A DNA stretch of 64,000 nt from Azospirillum sp. 51_20 (GCA_001917175.1 MNTV01000020.1:114810-178809); one strand, 5' to 3'; positions 1 through 7,000 are shown, numbered from the stretch's first letter. Made by a program: numbers and translations. The notes: generated by a model not told the origin, from the sequence alone.

Positions 1-536
1 TCGCGGAACGAATCCTCGACTTCTTCAAATTCGGCATCGACAACCGAGTGGTCTTCCAAAGCCGGAACTTCTGCTGCTACCGGATCCGGCACGCCCTCAC
101 CGTCTGCCTGCGTGTACTCAGAATTGCAATTTTCAAACATTTCGCGCTGATCCGGATCGGCTCTCAGATTGTTCTCGCCGCCGGTGAATTCGTCATCCGA
201 ATTGGTCACAATCAAAATCGGCTTGCCGGCAACCGCAATCAGCTCGTCCGCATAAGCAACGCTTGCTTTTATTTCGCATTTCAAACCTTTGTCAACGGTG
301 ATTTTGCCCATCTCCGCCTGAACGGTCTTTCTCCCGCCGGAAGCGACAATGCCGACGGCCTTGCTTACCAGCTCCCGCGCCGCAGACTTTGCCATCTCAA
401 TCTGTTCGCTTTGCTCTCTTTCACTCATCTGCTGATAGGGCTTCGGGAACGCCCGCAGCCGGTCAATTAGAAACGCGGCAATGTCACCGGTTAAAGTCTC
501 TTTTGCCAATCTGGCGCCAAATTCGTTATTGTTCAT
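1..536 (-). CDS. Phage early protein, unknown function (5' complete, runs off left edge)
   Basis: Absent from the ORF track because it is truncated by the window edge. Reverse-strand ATG at 536-534 is preceded by AAGGAA. Translation MNNNEFGARLAKETLTGDIAAFLIDRLRAFPKPYQQMSEREQ... stays open to position 1. Third gene of the Cro-side operon. Confidence 0.5.
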   Translation of the reverse strand, partial: MNNNEFGARLAKETLTGDIAAFLIDRLRAFPKPYQQMSEREQSEQIEMAKSAARELVSKAVGIVASGGRKTVQAEMGKITVDKGLKCEIKASVAYADELIAVAGKPILIVTNSDDEFTGGENNLRADPDQREMFENCNSEYTQADGEGVPDPVAAEVPALEDHSVVDAEFEEVEDSFR

Positions 537-769
537 TTTATTTCCTTTCTTTAATTAAAATTGACTCTCCAACCTCACCGACCTATAGTTTTATTGTTCA
601 ATAAAATGAAAGGGGGTGAAAAAGTTTGGAGAAACAAACAAATGAATATGATTTGATGATCTCTATTATTGAAAAGTTTTCCGCAGCTGCTCTTAAAACG
701 AATCAAGATGAAGTTGTGACTATCTATGCTAAGCTTGCAAAAGCAGTTAAAGAATCTAAACAATAAAGA

Positions 770-928
770 TCACAGAGAGGGAACCATTGAGTTTCCTCTC
801 TTCTCTCCGTTGTCTCCAATAATAAACTCTTCTAATTCTTTGAGTTCTTCTACTGTAAAAGGCTTTTGGGCTGCCAAAGCTACCAAAGCCAAATGCTTAC
901 GTAACTCAATTCTTTCTTTATCTGTCAT
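770..928 (-). CDS. Small phage protein (52 aa), unknown function
   Basis: Reverse-strand ORF MTDKERIELRKHLALVALAAQKPFTVEELKELEEFIIGDNGEKRGNSMVPSL, with AGGAG upstream of the ATG at 928 and stop at 770-772. Below the track size cutoff. Confidence 0.35.
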   Translation of the reverse strand: MTDKERIELRKHLALVALAAQKPFTVEELKELEEFIIGDNGEKRGNSMVPSL

Positions 929-939
929 ATTGTTTCTCC

Positions 940-1149
940 TTATTCTTTGTCAGAATTTTCATCGGAAAAGTAAAAATCGTTAGCAGTTACCAAACCGCCG
1001 GACCACTCGTAGATTTTTTTCACCCGCTCAGCTCGGGGGATAACGATTTTATGATAATAGCGGCGTGTATCCTCATAAGAAAAACCAAGATCTTTTGCTG
1101 CATTTTCGATAGAAATTTTATTTTTTTCTAAATACTCTTTTAAGGTCAT
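940..1149 (-). CDS. Cro-like small HTH DNA-binding protein
   Basis: 69-aa ORF (MTLKEYLEKNKISIENAAKDLGFSYEDTRRYYH...), AGGAGG RBS. Divergent from the CI-like repressor across an operator-bearing intergenic region. Confidence 0.6.
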   Translation of the reverse strand: MTLKEYLEKNKISIENAAKDLGFSYEDTRRYYHKIVIPRAERVKKIYEWSGGLVTANDFYFSDENSDKE

Positions 1150-1167
1150 CTTGTCCTCCTGTCTTCT

Positions 1168-1196
1168 TTATTACTCATCTTTTGAGTAAAAGTCAA
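1168..1196 (-). promoter_or_regulatory. pR-like promoter with embedded operator
   Basis: Reverse strand reads TTGACT-N17-TAATAA. The spacer contains the perfect palindrome TTACTCA-TCTTT-TGAGTAA (1171-1189). Confidence 0.5.
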
Positions 1197-1211
1197 CACT
1201 TTATTTGTGTT

Positions 1212-1238
1212 TTACATTAAACATTTTTTGTGTATAAT
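1212..1238 (+). promoter_or_regulatory. Candidate repressor-maintenance promoter
   Basis: TTACAT (1212-1217) followed by an extended -10, TGTATAAT (1231-1238), 19 nt upstream of the RBS-supported ATG at 1257. The spacer is short (15 nt). Confidence 0.35.
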
Positions 1239-1256
1239 AGACAAAAAGGAGTAACC

Positions 1257-1895
1257 ATGAATATAAAAGAAAGACGAAAAGAATTGGGAATGTCGCAAGC
1301 AGAATTAGGCAAAAAAGTCGGCCTATCACAACAGCACGTTCAAAGGATTGAAAATGGTTATGAAATAGGTTCGGACCTAATTCCCCTTTTTTCAAAAGCA
1401 TTACAAGTGCCAATATATGAGCTTTTACCCGATAACTTAAAATATTTAGCACAAAATATAAACACGACCGAATCCGACAATTTGGTTAAAATCGATGTTT
1501 TGGATGTTGTTGCCTGCTGTGGTAACGGGGTCGAGAACTTTTCGGAGAACATTATCGGGCAACATATGATGACCCTGACAGCCCTGCGCGAGTTGACCGC
1601 CACCGCACCGGAAAACATAAAAATCATCCGTGCTATCGGCGATTCTATGACTCCCACCATCCGCCCCGGCGAAATGTTGTGGATAGACGTTTCCTACACC
1701 TCCCCATCGTCTGACGGGCTGTATCTAATTCGCATCGGCAAAGAACTACTGGTGCGGCGTATCCAGCTGAACCCGTTTGACGGCAGCGCGGTCATTAAGG
1801 CGGACAACGAAGCATACCGGTCTTTTCCGGCAGAAAGTTTTGAAGCTGTCCCCGTCCTCGGCCGGGTGATATACCATGTGGTGCGCATGGTATAA
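1257..1895 (+). CDS. CI/LexA-like phage repressor (XRE HTH + S24 peptidase-fold domain)
   Basis: MNIKERRKELGMSQAELGKKVGLSQQHVQRIENG is an XRE HTH. GDSMTPTIRPGEMLWID is the S24 Ser motif. GGAG RBS precedes the ATG at 1257. The track start at 1230 falls inside the -10 element. Confidence 0.85.
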   Translation: MNIKERRKELGMSQAELGKKVGLSQQHVQRIENGYEIGSDLIPLFSKALQVPIYELLPDNLKYLAQNINTTESDNLVKIDVLDVVACCGNGVENFSENIIGQHMMTLTALRELTATAPENIKIIRAIGDSMTPTIRPGEMLWIDVSYTSPSSDGLYLIRIGKELLVRRIQLNPFDGSAVIKADNEAYRSFPAESFEAVPVLGRVIYHVVRMV

Positions 1896-1958
1896 ATTAT
1901 GAAAAACATATTGACCTTTTATAAATAGCTCTTATAATATATATCACGGTGATAGGTT

Positions 1959-2318
1959 ATGAACATTGAAGACAAAATAGAAGATCTGTCTTATATGACA
2001 GGCGTTCTGAACACAATGGCCAGAAGCGGAGCGCTTGATTTGTGTTACACCAACCATTGTACGGAACGCATGAAAGAAAGAAATATCACCGTTTCTGATA
2101 TAAGATTTGTCTTAAAATGCGGAATTATCGAGTCATATCTTGGGCCGGCAGAGTTTGAAGGGAGCAACAAAATTCATAAATATAAAATTACCGGGGACTA
2201 CCTCGGTGACGATACTGGTGACCGGGAAATAAGCCTTGTCATCCTTGTTGAAATTGACCGTTTCAAAAATCCGGCTATAAAAGTACAAAAAATAATTACG
2301 GCTATGTGGAGAGATTGA
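1959..2318 (+). CDS. DUF4258-like putative toxin
   Basis: 119 aa. The YTNHCTERMKERNITVSDIRFVLKCG pattern is typical of DUF4258 family proteins. Overlaps the next gene. Confidence 0.5.
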   Translation: MNIEDKIEDLSYMTGVLNTMARSGALDLCYTNHCTERMKERNITVSDIRFVLKCGIIESYLGPAEFEGSNKIHKYKITGDYLGDDTGDREISLVILVEIDRFKNPAIKVQKIITAMWRD

Positions 2319-2320
2319 AA

Positions 2321-2764
2321 ATGCAACAAATTTATCATTACACAGAATCGGGACTTGATAATGTATATTTACACAACATTAATATCGTCCACGATTCCAA
2401 AGGCGAAGAGGTTGTTTACATTCCCAAAGTTAACCAACTACATCAGGTTATTGCACAGGGAATCATCAATAAAGCCGGTATAATCAACGGCAAGGAACTC
2501 CGCTTTTTACGGACAGAAATCTGCTTAAAGCAGGCAGAACTGAGTAGTCAGCTCGGCAAAGAAGCACAAGCTGTCGGCCGGTGGGAACGAGGTGAATGCC
2601 CAATTGATAAAACAACAGATACGCTTATCCGTATCATTGCCGCTGCTTTTCTGGGGCTAAAAATTGATCTAACGGAAATTCCGGCGTTACATCAAAAGCA
2701 AGCCGCAAACGACAATATCAATATTGACGGAACTGATGAAAATTACCAGCTGATGGCAGCTTAA
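2321..2764 (+). CDS. MqsA/HigA-like HTH antitoxin (no zinc-ribbon cysteines)
   Basis: MQQIYHYTESGLDNVYL...GKELRFLRTEICLKQAELSSQLGKEAQAVGRWERGE. The ATG at 2321 follows GGAGAG. The track start at 2306 is less likely. Confidence 0.5.
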   Translation: MQQIYHYTESGLDNVYLHNINIVHDSKGEEVVYIPKVNQLHQVIAQGIINKAGIINGKELRFLRTEICLKQAELSSQLGKEAQAVGRWERGECPIDKTTDTLIRIIAAAFLGLKIDLTEIPALHQKQAANDNINIDGTDENYQLMAA

Positions 2765-2793
2765 ATTATAGTTTTCTTCTCAAACCAAAAGCG

Positions 2794-2825
2794 AAAGGTG
2801 TCGAATTGGACACCTTTTTGTTTTC
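2794..2825 (+). terminator. Rho-independent terminator
   Basis: AAAGGTGTC-GAATTG-GACACCTTT followed by a T run. Confidence 0.6.
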
Positions 2826-2946
2826 AAAAAAATTTCCAAACATTTACATTACACAAAATATATTTGATTTTTTACTTTTAATGTATATATAATAATTATT
2901 GCAATATTCATATTTATCTATACAATGACCAAAAAGAGGAAAAAAA

Positions 2947-3195
2947 ATGATAAGCGAAGAAAGAAAAGAAGACACTTTAACCATCACCCTCACAAACGGT
3001 GATATTGATTTATTCAACCAAGCTATTGAAAAATACAATTTTATAGATGGTCAGGCAATGCTTCGTTTTGCCTTAAGCCTTTTAATCATTGCAGAGGATA
3101 AAGAAATTAAAATTAATAAAGGGGGAATGTTGGTCGATATTGCACCCAACAAGGATTTGATAAAAAAATCGGGAAATAAAGAAGATGAACAATAA
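2947..3195 (+). CDS. Hypothetical small protein (82 aa)
   Basis: ORF with AAGAGGA RBS. Very AT-rich. Lies between two terminators at the rexAB-equivalent position. Confidence 0.5.
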   Translation: MISEERKEDTLTITLTNGDIDLFNQAIEKYNFIDGQAMLRFALSLLIIAEDKEIKINKGGMLVDIAPNKDLIKKSGNKEDEQ

Positions 3196-3529
3196 AAAAG
3201 ACGATTCTAATCCTCTCAACTATGTTGACATAGATTCGCGTTTGCAAAAATTTGAAACCCCGGATCAATTTGCCGATTTCTTTTGCAAATGTGCAGAAAG
3301 CCAGAAAAAAATCAACAATGCTTTGGCGATTGTGATAAAAGAACTGATCAGCAACGATAAATTCGTTAAAGAAGAACTGAAAAAACTGGCACAGGAAATT
3401 ATTAACGAAGATAAAAGCCATTTCATAATCCGTTGTATAGAAAAAGTGAAATATCTTATAAGCGCCGCTTTTGGAGTTGCCTGCACATTATTTGTCCAAT
3501 GGTTGCTTAAGATTTTGGAATTAAGCTAA
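3185..3529 (+). CDS. Hypothetical tail-anchored membrane protein (114 aa)
   Basis: Overlaps the previous ORF by 11 nt. C-terminal hydrophobic helix YLISAAFGVACTLFVQWLLKIL. Confidence 0.5.
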   Translation: MNNKKDDSNPLNYVDIDSRLQKFETPDQFADFFCKCAESQKKINNALAIVIKELISNDKFVKEELKKLAQEIINEDKSHFIIRCIEKVKYLISAAFGVACTLFVQWLLKILELS

Positions 3530-3555
3530 TTTTTTAATTTTGTTAAAATCTCCTC

Positions 3556-3579
3556 ACCGCCTTCGGGCGGTATTTTTTT
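3556..3579 (+). terminator. Rho-independent terminator
   Basis: ACCGCC-TTCG-GGCGGT followed by ATTTTTTT. Confidence 0.65.
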
Positions 3580-3691
3580 GCCTTTTCCGATTTTTCACTC
3601 CTGTTCCGAAATTCAACTCAAAAAAATATCGTTTGTTTTCATTGCTTTAGGCTGTTTTTGCAAATTTTTATAAAAATACTCATTTTTTGTG

Positions 3692-3720
3692 TTGACAATT
3701 ACGCATTTTATGAGTAATAT
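3692..3720 (+). promoter_or_regulatory. pL-like early promoter with embedded operator
   Basis: TTGACA-N17-TAATAT. The spacer carries TTACGCA-TTTTA-TGAGTAA (3699-3717), one mismatch from the palindrome at 1171-1189. Confidence 0.5.
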
Positions 3721-3753
3721 TTACACATAAGATAACAAAACGAGGTCAAAAAA

Positions 3754-3987
3754 ATGAAAAAACCAATATTCAATCTCTGCAACAGACTCTGGGACATTGT
3801 TATCCCGGAAGACTGGAAGAACCAGACGGATTACCCGGAAAACACCGCCAAGTGTTTAGAGGCTGGCGATAAAGTAAGAGAAATGAGTGTTGCTCAAATT
3901 GCCGATGACCTCGGCTGCGGCATACGGACAGCGAAAGCCGTTAAAGCAGAATTTGAGAACGGCTGCGACAAGTGGCTGGCGGCCTAA
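3754..3987 (+). CDS. Hypothetical early protein with possible HTH
   Basis: 77-aa ORF, first gene after the pL-like promoter. MSVAQIADDLGCGIRTAKAVK looks HTH-like. Confidence 0.5.
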   Translation: MKKPIFNLCNRLWDIVIPEDWKNQTDYPENTAKCLEAGDKVREMSVAQIADDLGCGIRTAKAVKAEFENGCDKWLAA

Positions 3988-4006
3988 TTAAGGGGAGAGA
4001 AAAACA

Positions 4007-4150
4007 ATGGGCGTTTTTGAACAAGATAATTTCATCACCGAATTTTTTACCAAAACGGACAGCTTTATAGAAAGGGAAAAGGCAAGGCAGCGACGCCTTG
4101 CGGAGTTAGAGGAAAATTACTTTTTCGAAAAGGACGAAGACGATGAATAA
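4007..4150 (+). CDS. Small hypothetical protein (47 aa)
   Basis: MGVFEQDNFITEFFTKTDSFIEREKARQRRLAELEENYFFEKDEDDE. GGGGAGAG lies upstream. Below the track cutoff. Confidence 0.35.
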   Translation: MGVFEQDNFITEFFTKTDSFIEREKARQRRLAELEENYFFEKDEDDE

Positions 4151-4298
4151 ACTTTTGACCGACGCTGAAATGGACAGGATGGAGCTGATATTCGGCGCCA
4201 CCCTGCCCGCCACAAAAGAGCCGGAGGTAACGGAAACACAAAAAATTGCCGCAGCCTTCGTTCTGGGGCTGGCCACAGCGGGAATGTTTTTAATTTAA
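4143..4298 (+). CDS. Small hypothetical protein (51 aa) with C-terminal hydrophobic segment
   Basis: MNKLLTDAEMDRMELIFGATLPATKEPEVTETQKIAAAFVLGLATAGMFLI. Overlaps the stop of the previous small ORF. Confidence 0.35.
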   Translation: MNKLLTDAEMDRMELIFGATLPATKEPEVTETQKIAAAFVLGLATAGMFLI

Positions 4299-4313
4299 GA
4301 AATTGAGGGAACA

Positions 4314-5030
4314 ATGAGTATTTATGAGAAATTAGGACAAATTCAAAAGACGTTGAAAGCCCCTAAAAATCAAAGAAACAAATTTGGGGGGTATAATTAC
4401 AGATCATGCGAAGACATTCTTGAGGCAGTTAAGCCGTTGCTTGACGGGTGTGTTTTAACCGTATCCGATGAAGTCGTTTCTTTGGGAGATCGGTTTTATA
4501 TCAAAGCAACCGCCCGCCTTGCTTTATCCGGAGATGAATTTGTCGAAAACACAGCCTGGGCGCGTGAACCGGAAACCAAAAAAGGGATGGACGAAGCTCA
4601 AATCACAGGAGCAACATCTTCGTATGCCCGCAAGTATGCGCTCAATGGCTTATTGGCTATAGATGACACAAAAGACGCGGACGCTTTGAATAAAGAAGAA
4701 AACAACAAAGCTTTTGAAAAAGCCGCTGCAGCGGAAAAAGCAGCCCAAACAAAGGCAACCAATGCCGCAATCAAAACCGGCGGCGAATATATCGCCCCCA
4801 AACAGCAGCAAACGCTTGAAGAACGTTATAAAAAAGCTTTGTCGTATTTAAAAACACAAACATCTTTCAAAAGCAAATCTGTTGCAGACAGTATAAACAC
4901 GCTGCTTATGGATCTTAAAAAAGCAGGAACTGCCGGCTGGCATGACGACATCATGGCTGAATATAACAGGCTTTCTGCAATCGACGATTTTATTCCGGAC
5001 GGCGGCGTCGTGAAAGATTATAGAGTTTAG
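4314..5030 (+). CDS. erf: ERF-family single-strand annealing recombinase
   Basis: KFGGYNYRSCEDILEAVKPLL and ATSSYARKYALNGLLAIDD are typical ERF-superfamily motifs. Confidence 0.75.
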   Translation: MSIYEKLGQIQKTLKAPKNQRNKFGGYNYRSCEDILEAVKPLLDGCVLTVSDEVVSLGDRFYIKATARLALSGDEFVENTAWAREPETKKGMDEAQITGATSSYARKYALNGLLAIDDTKDADALNKEENNKAFEKAAAAEKAAQTKATNAAIKTGGEYIAPKQQQTLEERYKKALSYLKTQTSFKSKSVADSINTLLMDLKKAGTAGWHDDIMAEYNRLSAIDDFIPDGGVVKDYRV

Positions 5031-5032
5031 CC

Positions 5033-5455
5033 ATGCAGATTACCAAAGATTATGCCCGCAGGATATTTCAGGGATTGCCGGCAGCTCTTGCCAAAATCGA
5101 GCGGATAGAGGGTGACCAAGTTTATTTTGAACTGCAATCGCCGACGGCGTGGAAAACCGCCAAGCAAAACAACCTGTTTCATTCGCTTTTGCAATGTTTT
5201 TGGAGTTCCGGCTGTGCCAGCTTTGGCGACTATGACAGTTTGCGGCTTTACTACAAGCGGGTTGCCGGGCTGGTGAAGAAAAAAGACGGCATGCTGTTTG
5301 AAAGCAGTTGGTCAGAAGCAAAAAAAGAGCAGGCTCGGGTGGCAATTGACATGCTGATGCGCGATATGGACATGGCCGGCGTTATCGGCAGCGGACAGGG
5401 TAAAAAATACGAAGACATCTTAAAAGGCATCAAACAATTTTATCAGGAGTTTTGA
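5033..5455 (+). CDS. Hypothetical phage protein, possibly NinB/Orf-like recombination mediator
   Basis: 140 aa. KQNNLFHSLLQCF resembles the NinB DQNRKLWACLGDV segment. Sits next to the ERF gene. Weak by-eye similarity only. Confidence 0.4.
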   Translation: MQITKDYARRIFQGLPAALAKIERIEGDQVYFELQSPTAWKTAKQNNLFHSLLQCFWSSGCASFGDYDSLRLYYKRVAGLVKKKDGMLFESSWSEAKKEQARVAIDMLMRDMDMAGVIGSGQGKKYEDILKGIKQFYQEF

Positions 5456-5463
5456 AAAATATG

Positions 5464-5493
5464 TTGACTTTTGGCAAAACATACGGCTATACT
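5464..5493 (+). promoter_or_regulatory. Candidate internal promoter upstream of the BRO gene
   Basis: TTGACT-N18-TATACT within the 221-nt non-coding gap between 5455 and 5677. Confidence 0.35.
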
Positions 5494-5676
5494 GGCGGCA
5501 GAGTTCAAAGCTCTGACACAAGCGGACACACCGCCCCCGAAAGATTTGGCGAGTTTTTTATATCTTGTTTAGTCGGGAGTGCGGCTAATATATCGAATAT
5601 GCCCACCTATCTTGTGTTAGGCTTTGAGCTCCCGACACCTCACGGTTTGAGGGGTTTTCAAAGAGGAACACAAGAT

Positions 5677-6342
5677 ATGACAAATTCAATTTCTATTTAC
5701 AATTTCAACAATAATCAAGTACGCACGGCTAATATTGACGGTGAACCGTGGTTTTGTCTGGCTGACTGCTGCGCGGCTCTTAAAATTAAACAGAACCGCG
5801 ACACGGCAACTCGATTGTCGCAAAAGGGTGTCGGAAAAACCGACATCCTTACCGCTGGCGGTAAGCAGGAAGTAACCTTTATCAACGAACCGAACTTGTA
5901 CCGCTTAATCTTCCGCAGCAATAAACCTCAGGCGCAGGCGTTCGCTGACTGGGTTTATTCCGAAGTTTTGCCCTCTATCCGCAAAACCGGCGGTTACGGC
6001 GTTCCCGCCCCTGTTGATATGAAAGCCGTCGGCGGGCTGGTCAAAAAGTGCTGCGCCGTCGCCGTGCGGGAAGAACTTGCCAAAGCTTTTGACGACCTTG
6101 TCTTCCGGGAAACAATCAAAAGCATTGTCCGCGAGGCCGTGCGGGACGAGGTGGCGGACTGGTTCTTAAAAGACGGGATAAAAGAAGACACTTTCAACAC
6201 CTCGCCGACTGCAGACGGTCTGCCGGCTGTCAACTGGGTAGTTGGTATCAGCCATGGGGCAACCGTGCTTTATGAGCTGATACAACAGTATCAGAAACGG
6301 CAAAAAGAAGCCGTTGCCCTGCTGGAGAGCCGGAAATGCTGA
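5677..6342 (+). CDS. BRO-N domain protein (phage antirepressor family)
   Basis: IYNFNNNQVRTANIDGEPWFCLADCCAALKIKQNRDTATRL...NEPNLYRLIFRSNKPQAQAFADWVYSEVLPSIRKTG. The ATG at 5677 follows AAGAGGA. The N-terminal 75 codons of the track ORF look non-coding. Confidence 0.75.
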   Translation: MTNSISIYNFNNNQVRTANIDGEPWFCLADCCAALKIKQNRDTATRLSQKGVGKTDILTAGGKQEVTFINEPNLYRLIFRSNKPQAQAFADWVYSEVLPSIRKTGGYGVPAPVDMKAVGGLVKKCCAVAVREELAKAFDDLVFRETIKSIVREAVRDEVADWFLKDGIKEDTFNTSPTADGLPAVNWVVGISHGATVLYELIQQYQKRQKEAVALLESRKC

Positions 6343-6439
6343 GACAAATTGCAGAGTTCGCGGCGTACTTCCTGACCTTATGGGTGCTGCCTTATTTAAT
6401 TTTATGCCTGTTTTAACAAATTTATGGAGAAACCAAGAA

Positions 6440-6820
6440 ATGAACGAAGAAAACAAAAACAAACTTTTTATCAGCAACCGCGACCGGGGCTTGTCGGTGG
6501 CTATCTTCAAAAAAGAAGAGGTTGACATCAAAGGCGACGGGAAACTGCACACAACCTATTCTGCGAACATACAGCGTTCTTGGCAAAAGCCGGAAGACAA
6601 AGGCACAGACAACTGGCAGCGCCAAAGCCTGAGCCTGTTCCCGGACGAGCTTTTGAAAGTGGCGGCGCTGTGTGTTCGCACCTACAACGAGCTGGCGGCC
6701 GAAATTCAAAAAGAGAAGGATAGGAAAAATAAAACGAACTCGGCTCCAAACTATCCGTCGCAGTCTTATGACACCCCGGAACCGCCGGTATATCTTGACG
6801 ACGTTCCGATGGATTTTTGA
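6440..6820 (+). CDS. Hypothetical phage protein with SSB-like acidic C-terminal tip
   Basis: MNEENKNKLFISNRDRGLSVAIF... ending PVYLDDVPMDF. GGAG lies upstream of the ATG at 6440. No clear OB-fold SSB motifs by eye. Confidence 0.45.
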   Translation: MNEENKNKLFISNRDRGLSVAIFKKEEVDIKGDGKLHTTYSANIQRSWQKPEDKGTDNWQRQSLSLFPDELLKVAALCVRTYNELAAEIQKEKDRKNKTNSAPNYPSQSYDTPEPPVYLDDVPMDF

Positions 6821-6867
6821 GGGTTCTCCCAACCGCACGGGCACGCGGTTAAAAGGCCCGATATTAC

Positions 6868-7000
6868 GGAGGGTGGCGGAATAGGTAGACGCTAGGTTGA
6901 CGAACTGAGGGGCCTGACAAGGCTGCTGGAGCAGATAGGCGATGCGAATTGGGTTCGAATCCCGACAACCCCATGCAAGGTGCAGATCCTTGCCCCTCCA
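6868..7000 (+). ncRNA. Composite tRNA-like RNA (133 nt), not a canonical cloverleaf
   Basis: GGAGGG(6868-6873)/CCCTCC(6994-6999) forms an acceptor-like stem. TG-GCGG-AATAGGTAGA-CGC is a class II type D-arm. TTGGG-TTCGAAT-CCCGA (6949-6965) is a canonical T-arm. A second hairpin, CAAGG-TGCAGAT-CCTTG (6976-6992), lies next to the 3' acceptor strand. GGTTG(6895-6899)/CAACC(6966-6970) closes the inner domain. Confidence 0.4.

Noticed and set aside
48-470. 140-aa plus-strand ORF at the window start
   Set aside because: Implausible composition (MVFQSRNFCCYRIRH...) and no RBS. The opposite strand carries an RBS-backed ORF (536 to edge) with protein-like sequence.
5452-5676. N-terminal 75 codons of the 296-aa track ORF (BRO gene)
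   Set aside because: The BRO-N domain starts at the RBS-backed ATG at 5677. The upstream part contains a promoter-like element and terminator-like hairpins and translates to low-quality sequence.
6868-7000. tmRNA (including the two-piece alphaproteobacterial form), or an attL tRNA of a second element
   Set aside because: It has a Leu/Tyr-type D-arm that tmRNAs lack. There is no tag reading frame or pseudoknot region and it is too short. It shares no sequence with the tRNA-Leu fragment at 10997-11056, so it is not the partner att site.
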